Source: a virus (taxonomy: Duplodnaviria > Heunggongvirae > Uroviricota > Caudoviricetes). Taken from it: a stretch of 64,000 nt of DNA. The notes beneath the pieces were generated by a model. The model saw only the letters and a list, made by a program, of their open reading frames with translations, was not told where the DNA came from and searched no databases. The stretch's first letter is position 1; each line of letters starts with the position of its first letter. This document shows, piece by piece, positions 9,024 to 17,924 of this stretch. The stretch spans positions 87,167 to 151,166 of IMG/VR virus record IMGVR_UViG_3300027908_000001, one strand, 5' to 3'. A program made the translations under genes and the position numbers.

Positions 9024-9640
9024 GCGTTCTCCACTCCCGCCTTGTTCACGACTACCAAGCTCATCGCCTCCAATGCCGCCACATGTTCCCGCGCCCGGCC
9101 GTACTCCGACATGGGAATAATCAGAAACAACTTAACGGTGTTGGCCGGTGTCTCGGCCTTTATTTCTTTCCGCTGCTTCTCGATGACCGACTTGTCCGCC
9201 TCGGCCGGTTCTCCATCACCGCCGACTTCTGGCACCGGCGCGTCCTTGAGCATGGCGTCTACGTCGGGCACTTCGGACTTGACCGCTTCTAGTCTGGCGA
9301 GGATTTCCACGTCATGCGTGAATGCCAGTTGTGGTAGATAATTGTGATTGCGCGTCTCATCTTTTGCCTCGGCGTCATCAAGGTCGGTGATAATGCAGGA
9401 TAATTCTGGAAGATTTATTTCCTCCATCCGCATTTTCCCGTCGATTACTTCAAACTTTCCCTTGTGCTCCGGGGCTGGGTGCGGACGGACGAGCAGTACA
9501 CTGGTGACGCCCACGTCCTCGGTTCGGTCGCGCAATTCCTGCCGTTCGGTTTCCGGGTGTTCCCATACATGGCCCGGATGTGCGATGAGCAGGTTTTTGG
9601 AAATCTTCTTGAAGCCTACGATGCGGTCACGGATGGGCAT
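9020..9640 (-). CDS. ParB/Srx N-terminal domain protein
   Basis: LLVRP...FEVIDGKMR...; directly follows the methyltransferase. Confidence 0.75.
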   Translation of the reverse strand: MPIRDRIVGFKKISKNLLIAHPGHVWEHPETERQELRDRTEDVGVTSVLLVRPHPAPEHKGKFEVIDGKMRMEEINLPELSCIITDLDDAEAKDETRNHNYLPQLAFTHDVEILARLEAVKSEVPDVDAMLKDAPVPEVGGDGEPAEADKSVIEKQRKEIKAETPANTVKLFLIIPMSEYGRAREHVAALEAMSLVVVNKAGVENA

Positions 9641-9643
9641 GTT

Positions 9644-11503
9644 TTACTCCACCTTTCCAGAGAACAAACTTAACTCCTCAATCTTCTTGGCCGGTGTCAC
9701 CCGCAGCGCGCGGTCCATCGCTTGGCCTTCAAGATACTCGCGTGAAATGTCGCAGCCGATTCCGTAGACACCAAGTTCCCTAGCGACTTTCAATGTCGTG
9801 CCTGAACCCACGAACGGGTCCAATACGATTCCGGCTACTGGTTCTTGTACCGGACAGTTACAAGTCTGGCGATAACCTTGTAGCCTTGTTTCACTTCGTT
9901 CGCCTTCCTGCACTCTGTCTCCACCATTTACGCCAGTTTTGCCTTTATCGAAAGCACTGTTGTGATGCGAGGCCACCGGCTGGCCGGTTCGCTCAATGAC
10001 CGGGGCATATCCTGCACCGCAAACCGGACAGCACTTCCTCGGTGTGGTGGCCCGAATCAAGCCTTCAATGAGTCCACTGGGAAATGCGGCATAATGGTTC
10101 CCGGTGTAGTTAGACGGCGCGGGTCTCAGGATTGTGTTGGGCGTCCGGTTGGATTCATCCAATTCCTCCAGAACCTCCGGGTGGGTATCCTGCAGCCAGT
10201 TCAAGAGACGAACGAGTTGTCCGCCCTCGGTAGGTTCGACGTACAATACGTTCCGCGGATTGCGCGTGGCGCTGCCGGTAAATATGCTTTGGTCGCTATG
10301 TTTCGTGTCGTTGTGTTTGTTTCCGCCGAACCGGTCGTTGCGCTTACGGATGCCGCTTCGTTCCGCCTCGGGCAGGCTCTTGTTTCCTTCCTGTACCCGG
10401 TCGTAGCGGCCTTCCCAATCCACGTCCACCGCAGGTTCTTTGGCCGCCTCACTGTCCGCGTAGTAATTCATGCCCTTTGTCAACATAAGAACGAACTCGT
10501 GGCTTCGAGTCATTCGCCAAGACCCGTTCCGCAAGATATATCCGCCGGTCGATTTGCATTTGTCGCAGCCCGGACAATCCCTGAACTTGGAAGCGCCGAT
10601 ACCTTCCTCAAAGTAAGCCTCTCGTTCCGCGCGAGATGAGACGCCCAATCCCTGTTTGCCGGTGTTCTCTTGGTGTGGATTATTGGCTCGCTTGGATTTC
10701 TCAATGGGAATGGTGTGCCGCTGCCAGCGTGGACCAGAAATCGATTCGGGCATACATGACCGCTTTCCCCAAATTGCGTCATTGCGAACAGTCCACCCGG
10801 CAGCCTGCGCGGCCAGCATCAACCGGTGCGGAACCCCGATAAGATTGCCCGGCGGTATCCCGGTCTTGCCAGCGAGTGGCGTCCAGCCTTCATCCTGTCC
10901 GAACACCGGCCGGTCGGCTTCCTTGGACAAAGTCGGAGCACTGCGTTCATGGTGCTCTTTGTGTTCGCCCCATGACCCCGAAAAACTGTCGCCCCAGTTG
11001 AGCCACGCCACCCCGTCATCACGGAGCACGCGTTTGATTTCTTGTAAAACCAATAGCAGATGCCAAATGAAATGTTCGACTACTTCTTCGCTTCCGAGTC
11101 CACATCTCAATGCTCCACACTTCCCGCACTGATAACCGCCCAACTTCTCGCGGTTCTTGTTGCCCTCATGCTGGACTTTACCGGGCTTAGTATCACTACC
11201 GCGATGGCCCGGCGGATGAAACTCTCGGCTAAAGTCGTGTTCGCAATTTTCTAACTCTTCCCAAGTCGTTGGACCGGGCACCACAATCGGAGATGTCGCG
11301 CCTGTCATCGGCAGGTACGAACCGCCAATCCAAACGAGGTCTTGCTCGCCGTGATATTTCCGGAGGCCGAAATAGGGTCCGGACGTTACAACCGCGTTCA
11401 CGCTCTTGTCCGCCAGCGGGATTTTATGCGCGCTGGCGCAGATGAGTGCGCCGGTGCTGGTACGAGCCACGACATCGGCATGTGGTAGAATCGGGTCAAT
11501 CAA
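9644..11503 (-). CDS. site-specific DNA methyltransferase, beta class (N4-C/N6-A), with large insertions
   Basis: VNAVVTSGPYFGLRKY, WLNWGDSF, IWGK, HYAAFP, VLDPFVGSGTT, IGCDIS. Confidence 0.9.
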   Translation of the reverse strand: MIDPILPHADVVARTSTGALICASAHKIPLADKSVNAVVTSGPYFGLRKYHGEQDLVWIGGSYLPMTGATSPIVVPGPTTWEELENCEHDFSREFHPPGHRGSDTKPGKVQHEGNKNREKLGGYQCGKCGALRCGLGSEEVVEHFIWHLLLVLQEIKRVLRDDGVAWLNWGDSFSGSWGEHKEHHERSAPTLSKEADRPVFGQDEGWTPLAGKTGIPPGNLIGVPHRLMLAAQAAGWTVRNDAIWGKRSCMPESISGPRWQRHTIPIEKSKRANNPHQENTGKQGLGVSSRAEREAYFEEGIGASKFRDCPGCDKCKSTGGYILRNGSWRMTRSHEFVLMLTKGMNYYADSEAAKEPAVDVDWEGRYDRVQEGNKSLPEAERSGIRKRNDRFGGNKHNDTKHSDQSIFTGSATRNPRNVLYVEPTEGGQLVRLLNWLQDTHPEVLEELDESNRTPNTILRPAPSNYTGNHYAAFPSGLIEGLIRATTPRKCCPVCGAGYAPVIERTGQPVASHHNSAFDKGKTGVNGGDRVQEGERSETRLQGYRQTCNCPVQEPVAGIVLDPFVGSGTTLKVARELGVYGIGCDISREYLEGQAMDRALRVTPAKKIEELSLFSGKVE

Positions 11504-11504
11504 C

Positions 11505-11720
11505 TCAGAACCCCTCGCAGGCGTCTTGATACAGCACTTCCCCGATAGCCTTTTTCAAGGCCGCCAATACTTCATTGCGGGATTCACCAAACAACCTGTT
11601 CTTCGTCGGTCCCCTATAATCGAGGCATAGATGGTATTCGCGCGTCAAGGCGTCCATGACGAACTCGAACGCCCGCTGCTTCTGGCCCTCGGTTATCGGC
11701 GCTGGTCCCATGCAGGGCAT
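11505..11720 (-). CDS. hypothetical protein
   Basis: TGATG overlap start at 11720. Confidence 0.5.
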   Translation of the reverse strand: MPCMGPAPITEGQKQRAFEFVMDALTREYHLCLDYRGPTKNRLFGESRNEVLAALKKAIGEVLYQDACEGF

Positions 11721-11959
11721 CAGCGCTTCTCCCCATGGAACTCGGAATCGGTCTGCCGCTTCTGCCACCACTCCAGCACATCGGCAATCCGCTTGTGCTG
11801 TTCGAGCGATTCCGTGAGCCGCGCTTCGCAGCGTTCGTTGGCCGCCCGCGCCGCCTTCACGTCTTTACGCTGGGCGCGCCACAGCACCAGCGCCGATAAA
11901 GTCATGCCAGCCACAAACGCGATGCCGCAGGCGAAGGATTTCAGGATTTCGATTATCAT
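11720..11959 (-). CDS. membrane-anchored coiled-coil protein
   Basis: N-terminal TM followed by heptad-like helix. Confidence 0.6.
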   Translation of the reverse strand: MIIEILKSFACGIAFVAGMTLSALVLWRAQRKDVKAARAANERCEARLTESLEQHKRIADVLEWWQKRQTDSEFHGEKR

Positions 11960-12138
11960 GTTTCCTCTTTTGGGTTGTAGGCGTCGAACAAATCCTCATC
12001 CCCTTGGAACTTGGCGACCAGCCGCATGTTCTCGTCGTCAAGGAGGTTACCGAGCGCCGTGGGGAATTGTTCGAGGACGCCGAGCAAACTCTTTATCAGC
12101 TTGTCCTTTTCGGCTTCCGTTATTTTTTCGAGGGCCAT
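11956..12138 (-). CDS. hypothetical protein
   Basis: Tiling after ssb. Confidence 0.55.
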   Translation of the reverse strand: MALEKITEAEKDKLIKSLLGVLEQFPTALGNLLDDENMRLVAKFQGDEDLFDAYNPKEET

Positions 12139-12140
12139 GG

Positions 12141-12575
12141 CTAGAAGGGGATATTGTCGTCTTCTGCCGACGCACCAGCCCCGACCTGCGCTGCTTCCTT
12201 CTCGGTCGGCGGGGAACTTTGTCGTTCATCGCGGTCGCCCCGGTCAGCCGAAGTCAGGAAATGCACTCGTTCGGCGGTTACCAGCATCTTGCTGCGCTTC
12301 TTGCCGGTCTCCTTGTCGTCCCACGATTGAACCGACAACCGGCCTTCGATAAACACGTTGCTGCCCTTGGCGAGATATTGCCCGCAGGTCTCAGCCGTTC
12401 GGCCCCATGCGGTGACGTTTACCCACGTCGTTTCTTCTTTCTTCTCGCCGGATTCGTCCGACCACTTCCGGTTCACAGCCACCGATAGCTCGGCGACGGC
12501 GGTGCCCTTGGGTGTGTACTTCAGTTCGACATCTCTGCCGAGGTGGCCTGCAATTTGTACCTTGTTGAAATCCAT
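12141..12575 (-). CDS. ssb: single-stranded DNA-binding protein
   Basis: MDFNKVQIAGHLGRDVELKYTPKG...IEGRL...DDNIPF; SD AAGGAG. Confidence 0.97.
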   Translation of the reverse strand: MDFNKVQIAGHLGRDVELKYTPKGTAVAELSVAVNRKWSDESGEKKEETTWVNVTAWGRTAETCGQYLAKGSNVFIEGRLSVQSWDDKETGKKRSKMLVTAERVHFLTSADRGDRDERQSSPPTEKEAAQVGAGASAEDDNIPF

Positions 12576-12621
12576 AACTCTCCTTGGTTGGTTTGGTTCA
12601 TAAACATTCTGGCGAAACTTG

Positions 12622-14010
12622 TCAAGACTCCGTCCGGGCGTATTGCGCTTCCACCGGTACATCGCCGTCATCGATTTTGGCTCGGTCTCTGAATCTTGTG
12701 AACTCGGGCAAGAACGTTAGGTCGATGTCGCCAGTAGGCCCATTACGCTGTTTCGCAATCGTCAGCACCGCTTGCCCCTTCAATTCTTCCCGCATGTTCT
12801 CTGCCGCGAACAATTCCGGGCGCACCAAGAATCCCACAACATCAGCGTCCTGTTCAATCGCTCCCGACTCGCGCAGCCAAGACAGCCGTGGCGTGAGGTC
12901 GGCACCCTCGGCTTGCCGGTTCAACTGACAGACCGCAATCACGGGTATCCCCAACTCTTTAGCCATGGCCTTGGTGCCCTGACTAACTTCGGCCACTTCT
13001 TCCTCGCGTTTTCCATTTCGCTTCGTTCCGTGCGCCAGTTGCATGTAATCGATGACCGCCAGCTTGATGTCGTACTTGCGTTTCATTCGGCGCGCCCGCG
13101 ACCGAATCTGCTGGATGGTCAATGCCGCCGTATCGTCGATATGGATATTGGTTTTTAATAATTTCTCGGATGATTGCAATAGTCTTTCAAAATCATCCGC
13201 CTTGCCGCGACCGGCTTGAATGACTCGGAGACTCACGTGCGCCGCACTCGTCACGGCCCGGTCCGACAATTCTTCCGCCGTCATTTCCAAACTGAACCAG
13301 CCGACACCGTTACCGGCAATCGCCGTGTTTTCGATGATGTTTGCTGACAGGGAGCTTTTGCCGTGGCCCGGTCTTCCAGCCAAAACAATCATCTGCCCCG
13401 GCCGCAACCCACCCAGTATCCGGTCGATGTCACTGAATCCTGTAGCCACACCCACGACCTGACCGGGATTCACGTGCCACTCGTCAATCCGCAGCATTGT
13501 GCCCTTGACCAGTTCCTGAATCGTGCGCGACCCCATCGAACTTGAGTGAACGCCGATGTCGAAAAAAACCTGCTGTACTTCCGCCAGCCATGTCTTGACA
13601 TCGTCCTGTTGCTCGAAACTCCGGCTAATCACGTCATGCGCCGCGCCGATTAACTGCCGGAGCGTATGCTTTTCCAGTACGGTGTCGATGTGGTAATCCA
13701 GCGTGGACGTAGTCACAACCGCCGCCACGAGGTCGAACAAGTACACTGGTCCGCCGATTTCTTCCAGCCTGCCTTTGTCCGACAACCACTGGCTCATTGT
13801 CGCCGAATCCACCGGCTGGTTGGCATCAGTCATCTCGCAGAATTCTTCAAATAAGACCTGATGTCCTGAGAAGTAAAAGTGGTCTTTCTCCAGCCGCGAC
13901 ATGGCTTCGCTGCCGCACTTGGCCGCGTCGAGCAACATGCAGCCGAGCACGTTCTTCTCGGCATCCAACGAGTTCGGGAGTACCCGGTCGAGCGTGAGCG
14001 GTTTAGCCAA
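12622..14010 (-). CDS. dnaB: replicative DNA helicase
   Basis: LAGRPGHGKS, FSLEM, VIDYMQL, QLNR, LRESGAIEQDAD, KQRNGPTG. Confidence 0.97.
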   Translation of the reverse strand: MAKPLTLDRVLPNSLDAEKNVLGCMLLDAAKCGSEAMSRLEKDHFYFSGHQVLFEEFCEMTDANQPVDSATMSQWLSDKGRLEEIGGPVYLFDLVAAVVTTSTLDYHIDTVLEKHTLRQLIGAAHDVISRSFEQQDDVKTWLAEVQQVFFDIGVHSSSMGSRTIQELVKGTMLRIDEWHVNPGQVVGVATGFSDIDRILGGLRPGQMIVLAGRPGHGKSSLSANIIENTAIAGNGVGWFSLEMTAEELSDRAVTSAAHVSLRVIQAGRGKADDFERLLQSSEKLLKTNIHIDDTAALTIQQIRSRARRMKRKYDIKLAVIDYMQLAHGTKRNGKREEEVAEVSQGTKAMAKELGIPVIAVCQLNRQAEGADLTPRLSWLRESGAIEQDADVVGFLVRPELFAAENMREELKGQAVLTIAKQRNGPTGDIDLTFLPEFTRFRDRAKIDDGDVPVEAQYARTES

Positions 14011-14764
14011 GTTGCGCTTTCCAATCCTGATTCAGCTTGCGTCCGCTACCGGCCAACGCCAGTCCAGTTTGGACATCATCCTCCCACCGTCGCTGATTCA
14101 GCCACGTTGCCGGGTATGGGATGTACTGGCCTCCATCCTTCAACCACTGGGGCGTCTTGCGCTGCGCGTCGATTGCCTTGAGAAGCTTTGGCAATACTTC
14201 CAGCGCCGCCGTGCCCTTCCCGCAGGCTTTATCGAACGCCTTCTCTGCCGCTCCCTTTCCGAGCCGCTTCGGATAAGCCCGCCAGAAATGCTCAAATGGC
14301 GATGGCGAAGACGAGGACTTAGGCGGAGACTCTGGAAGCTGCGCTCCGCAGCGGACGGCAGCGGAACTGTGCGAATCGCCGCCGTTTTGGGAAACGCGCA
14401 GGCTTTCGCAGTTTCCTCCGAACAGTATTTCCACCCCAAGTGATTCAGGGGAAGGATAATAGCTGTGTGAGGAACGAGCGCGTTCAGACCAGTTGGTTAG
14501 TTGTAGATAACGCTTCCCGCTGAACTGGTAGTATATCACCAACTGGGCGAGGGAGGTTTCTTCGCTCAACTTATCAATCGTCTCTACACGGATGTCTTCG
14601 CGCAATGGGAAGGCATGCGACCGTAGGAGGACCGGGTCGGCGTCGTAACGTCCATAGTCATCGACAAGGGTTAGCAGCCTCACATAAAAACTCTGGGCCT
14701 GCCAAGTGCATTTTTCCCACTTGCGGCTGGATGTGAGACCGGGTTTCAGAAATCGTTGCGGCAT
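14003..14764 (-). CDS. phage replication initiator / replisome organiser
   Basis: N-terminal LLTLVDDYGR wHTH-like region; C-terminal FEHFWRAYPKR...IPYPATWLNQRRWED; directly upstream of dnaB. Confidence 0.85.
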   Translation of the reverse strand: MPQRFLKPGLTSSRKWEKCTWQAQSFYVRLLTLVDDYGRYDADPVLLRSHAFPLREDIRVETIDKLSEETSLAQLVIYYQFSGKRYLQLTNWSERARSSHSYYPSPESLGVEILFGGNCESLRVSQNGGDSHSSAAVRCGAQLPESPPKSSSSPSPFEHFWRAYPKRLGKGAAEKAFDKACGKGTAALEVLPKLLKAIDAQRKTPQWLKDGGQYIPYPATWLNQRRWEDDVQTGLALAGSGRKLNQDWKAQLG

Positions 14765-15147
14765 TAGGCTTTTGCCTTGGCTATGCGAGGTCGGCTCATC
14801 GCAATTTTTTTCTTCCTTGGGCGATTAGGCACGTCGGCATGCCGAATATTGAACCTTGGTTTCAACCGACGAATAAGACGGTATTCGATTGAAAGCCAGT
14901 CGCCCAATTTCTTGGTGGGGAGGTATTTCACTTCGCACGATGTGAAATGTCCCCAAAGCGTAATAATCGCGTTTGAATATGTAGCGAATCGGATGTGCGT
15001 CCAAATTCTTCCAGATAGATTTTCAGTGGAACCGATGTATGAAAGAACTCCGTCCAGATAGAGAACATAAACGCCCGGTACCACAGGGAATTCAGGAAGG
15101 TTATGCAAATGAAGGTCTTGAAATGACCCTGATTTCCAACGGCTCAT
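14764..15147 (-). CDS. GIY-YIG nuclease family protein
   Basis: PGVYVLY...SYIGSTENLSGRIWTH...IEYRLIRRLKPRFN; SD GGGAGAG. Confidence 0.85.
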   Translation of the reverse strand: MSRWKSGSFQDLHLHNLPEFPVVPGVYVLYLDGVLSYIGSTENLSGRIWTHIRFATYSNAIITLWGHFTSCEVKYLPTKKLGDWLSIEYRLIRRLKPRFNIRHADVPNRPRKKKIAMSRPRIAKAKA

Positions 15148-15308
15148 TCTGCTCTCCCTATTATGAACCGTCGGAACCGACGACGACTTGGGCAAGCTGC
15201 TGAAGGCTTGGCAGTCGTTCCGACGAACAACCACTTGGCCGTCGCCGGTTCGGGCGAGTCATTTAGGCAAGATTTTGAAGATGAAGCTACCAGCATTCCC
15301 CACCGCAT
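15144..15308 (-). CDS. putative 54-aa leader ORF inside a structured region
   Basis: SD AAGGA, ATG at 15308, stop forms an ATGA overlap with the GIY-YIG start. Confidence 0.4.
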   Translation of the reverse strand: MRWGMLVASSSKSCLNDSPEPATAKWLFVGTTAKPSAACPSRRRFRRFIIGRAE

Positions 15309-15350
15309 TGCTTTCCTTGTTCGCCACGCACACTGCGCGGCGCGACTCCT

Positions 15351-15379
15351 TATTTACGGCCCCGCGCTGAATGAGTCAA
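15351..15379 (-). promoter_or_regulatory. sigma70-like promoter of the replication operon (no operator)
   Basis: TTGACT-N17-TAAATA. Confidence 0.7.
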
Positions 15380-15407
15380 CAGGAAAGTGAGGCGTCAGAC
15401 GATTTAT

Positions 15408-15650
15408 TTACAGCACTGCGATTTTTGCGCGCAATGCGTGCCGCAACTGATTCCGAACAGCGGGATTGGAGGCCGCGCTGATGGGCTCGTCCGGGCCAAT
15501 CAATTCCAGCATGAGCGCCTTCACGTCGGCAACGATTTGGTCGTCGGACAGGCGATTGTCCTGTAGCGGCGTGCCATCAGCCTCCTTCAAAGAGAAGTTC
15601 TCGCAGCCGTAGCAGTCGTGCTTGTCGATGATGTCGAGGAGCTTGCCCAT
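15408..15650 (-). CDS. hypothetical protein
   Basis: Follows the exonuclease gene. Confidence 0.55.
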   Translation of the reverse strand: MGKLLDIIDKHDCYGCENFSLKEADGTPLQDNRLSDDQIVADVKALMLELIGPDEPISAASNPAVRNQLRHALRAKIAVL

Positions 15651-15653
15651 GAA

Positions 15654-17000
15654 TCAGACGATTTTTATTTTCGGCTTGGCTGTCCGAGCGGCTTCACCAG
15701 CGTTTGCGGCTGCTTCGGCGGCACCGGCCTTTGGCTGTGGCGACGTGGCGACATCCAGCTTCTCACGCGGCTTGGCTGATTCCCCGAACAACGTGGTGAC
15801 GGCATCCTTGACATCGGACGCAGGAATAGCCCCGGATTGCGCTACGTTGCCCGCCGGACGGCCTTCCTGCACTTCCACGCTCCATGACCAGCCCGGCTCC
15901 TGATTCGTGTACTTGGCCTTGAGCTTCTTGAACGCCTCCAGTTCGTCCGGTGCCCATTCCGATTCATCGGCAAGCGAAGGTCGGCCTTTAGTCATTTTTC
16001 CGCTGATGACGTAGGAGGGCGCATCCCCAACCACAATGAGAGGAGTTTTCAGCGCGTTGAAGTGTTCCTTTAATTCTTCATGGACACGTTCATACTCCTT
16101 GGCGACAGGCTTGATTTCTTCATGGCGTGCGATGTTCGTGGCCAACTGCTGGTCATTGGCGAAGCGAACCCTCGATTTTGAAATCACGTCCGGAAGACAG
16201 ATGTGGTTGAAGTTGCACTTGCCGCAGATGTCCACGTCGTAGGGTATCCGCTCGGGCAATTTCCACTTGGATTCGTCGGTGATGCCATGGTTTTCTTCCA
16301 CGAACATATTCACCTTTTCCAGCGTGTCGAGGAACTCCTGCGTGGCCTGCAGGTCTTGCGGGATGACGATGAAGCGGAAATGGCCGAGGCAATCCGTTAC
16401 GACCAACACGCACTCTGTTTCTGCGTGGCCGTACATATATGCAAGGCATTGCCGGTAGTAACGAGACAGGAATGCGTCGTGCTTCAAATCATCCACGTTC
16501 TTGCAGTTATCATAGAACATAGGATGCATCGATTTTATTTCCAGCGGGACGCGCCGTGCAGTCCGCCGGTCATTCGGGTCGGTGTAGAATTCAATCTTCC
16601 CGTCAATCTTACCGCTAAGTTTGTAGTGGCGAATCATGTCCGGATGCAGGTATACCTGTTCTTCGACAATCCTGAAACCGAGTTGCTGTCCCAGTTTCTT
16701 CAGTTCGATAATCACCCACTCCTCTTGTCGGTCGCCTTCTTCAAACCGCGCAAGAAGGTGTGCATCAAATGGCTTTTTCTGGTCATACGCTACGAACTCA
16801 TACACGCCCTGCCGCGCGCAAACCGGAATGCTTGAAGCATAATTGTTAGCGCGTGGCGTAGGCTTATTGTTTTTTGAGAGAAGCCGCTCCTCGCGGGCTA
16901 GTTCAATCTGGTGGACAAGCTGCTGGATGGTGCGCGGTACCGGTTTGGCGGCGACCGCCGGAGCCTCGGACTCCAGTTTCAATTCGGTAGTCTCGCTCAC
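15654..17000 (-). CDS. Cas4/RecB-like PD-(D/E)XK exonuclease with predicted Fe-S cysteines
   Basis: SSIPVCARQ, GKIDG, LEIKS, QCLAYM, CGKCNFNHIC; GTGA overlap start at 17000. Confidence 0.85.
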   Translation of the reverse strand: MSETTELKLESEAPAVAAKPVPRTIQQLVHQIELAREERLLSKNNKPTPRANNYASSIPVCARQGVYEFVAYDQKKPFDAHLLARFEEGDRQEEWVIIELKKLGQQLGFRIVEEQVYLHPDMIRHYKLSGKIDGKIEFYTDPNDRRTARRVPLEIKSMHPMFYDNCKNVDDLKHDAFLSRYYRQCLAYMYGHAETECVLVVTDCLGHFRFIVIPQDLQATQEFLDTLEKVNMFVEENHGITDESKWKLPERIPYDVDICGKCNFNHICLPDVISKSRVRFANDQQLATNIARHEEIKPVAKEYERVHEELKEHFNALKTPLIVVGDAPSYVISGKMTKGRPSLADESEWAPDELEAFKKLKAKYTNQEPGWSWSVEVQEGRPAGNVAQSGAIPASDVKDAVTTLFGESAKPREKLDVATSPQPKAGAAEAAANAGEAARTAKPKIKIV

Positions 17001-17911
17001 TTGGCCGCGCCTTCCGCCGGTGCATCCTGACAACCGCGCGCCGCCCATGCGCAGGCCGCGTCGTAATCTTCCGGCTTCAACTTGGTGAAGTGCGGGTGTT
17101 TGTCGTCTCCGACGATGTACGGATACCGCTCGCTCATGCAGCGTTTCAACTCGGCCTCGGCCAGCCCGCCGTCTTTCGTGCCCATCATGAACAGGCGTTT
17201 GGCCTGCGGTTCGGATATAGTCGAGAACTTCTTGCCATCGCTGCCGGACGATTGACCGCCAGCGGGGCGACCGGCCTGACCCTTGCCGCCGAATTCCCAG
17301 CCGCGAACCACGCTCACGTCCAAACCGAGTCCTGCGGCGGCGGATTCCGAGATGGCGCGGAGCCCGAACAACTGGCGAACGCCTTCCTTCTGCGCCGACC
17401 GACGCGCGGCGATGCGAATGTTCGGCTCGCTCACGTCCTGCAATGGTTTCCACTGGTCGTTGGCGTATCCGAAAAACTTGTCGCGAGTAGATGCACGGCC
17501 CTCAACGCTGCGCGTAAGCCCTCCGATAACCGCGTCGCACCGATAGTACCAAGTATACCATTCCCCGTGCTCGTCGCTGCCCTTCTCCTTTTCAGAACTC
17601 CAGTTGAAGAAGTTTACGCCCAACGCGCTGGCGATACGCTCGGCACACGCCCCACTCATGGACAGCACGGCTTCGTTGCCCGGTCCCTTGAATCGCACCC
17701 AATCACCGGGGAGCGCGCGACCGAGAATAAATCGCCGAATCTTGTCCATCGCCTTGCCGAGTTCATCGACACGCGCCGCCAGCGCTATCGTGGCATCGAT
17801 TTGGTTGGCATCGATTTTGGTGGTAAGCGCTGCGGTGCCTGTATGGTCTGGCTCCGGCTCTGCTACTTCGATTTCATCGGTTCCAGTGTGTTCGGTAGGT
17901 TGTTGGCTCAT
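16997..17911 (-). CDS. putative single-strand annealing protein (Rad52/Sak-like recombinase)
   Basis: GACAERIASALGV, SVEGRASTRD, NIRIAARRSAQKEGVRQLFGL; coupled to the exonuclease. Confidence 0.6.
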   Translation of the reverse strand: MSQQPTEHTGTDEIEVAEPEPDHTGTAALTTKIDANQIDATIALAARVDELGKAMDKIRRFILGRALPGDWVRFKGPGNEAVLSMSGACAERIASALGVNFFNWSSEKEKGSDEHGEWYTWYYRCDAVIGGLTRSVEGRASTRDKFFGYANDQWKPLQDVSEPNIRIAARRSAQKEGVRQLFGLRAISESAAAGLGLDVSVVRGWEFGGKGQAGRPAGGQSSGSDGKKFSTISEPQAKRLFMMGTKDGGLAEAELKRCMSERYPYIVGDDKHPHFTKLKPEDYDAACAWAARGCQDAPAEGAAK

Positions 17912-17924
17912 GATGGCGTTCTCT

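Noticed and set aside
9644-11503. Intein in the oversized methyltransferase
   Set aside because: No N-terminal Cys/Ser block, LAGLIDADG or His-Asn-Cys/Ser/Thr splice junction found at the insertion borders
4697-14010. Host chromosomal DNA (dnaN, ssb, dnaB)
   Set aside because: No dnaA, recF, gyrB or ribosomal-protein synteny; the genes overlap small phage-type ORFs and follow a phage initiator
14764-15379. Group I intron around the GIY-YIG gene
   Set aside because: No interrupted host gene flanks it and I could not identify P/Q/R/S core elements; kept only as a structured leader
15654-17000. CRISPR-Cas locus suggested by the Cas4-like gene
   Set aside because: No repeat-spacer array or other cas gene seen; the gene is coupled to an annealase as in phage recombination modules
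15654-17453. N-terminal extensions given by the ORF track (for example 599-aa exonuclease, 408-aa DnaN, 472-aa PurA)
   Set aside because: The extensions overlap upstream genes; SD and overlap evidence supports the shorter starts reported
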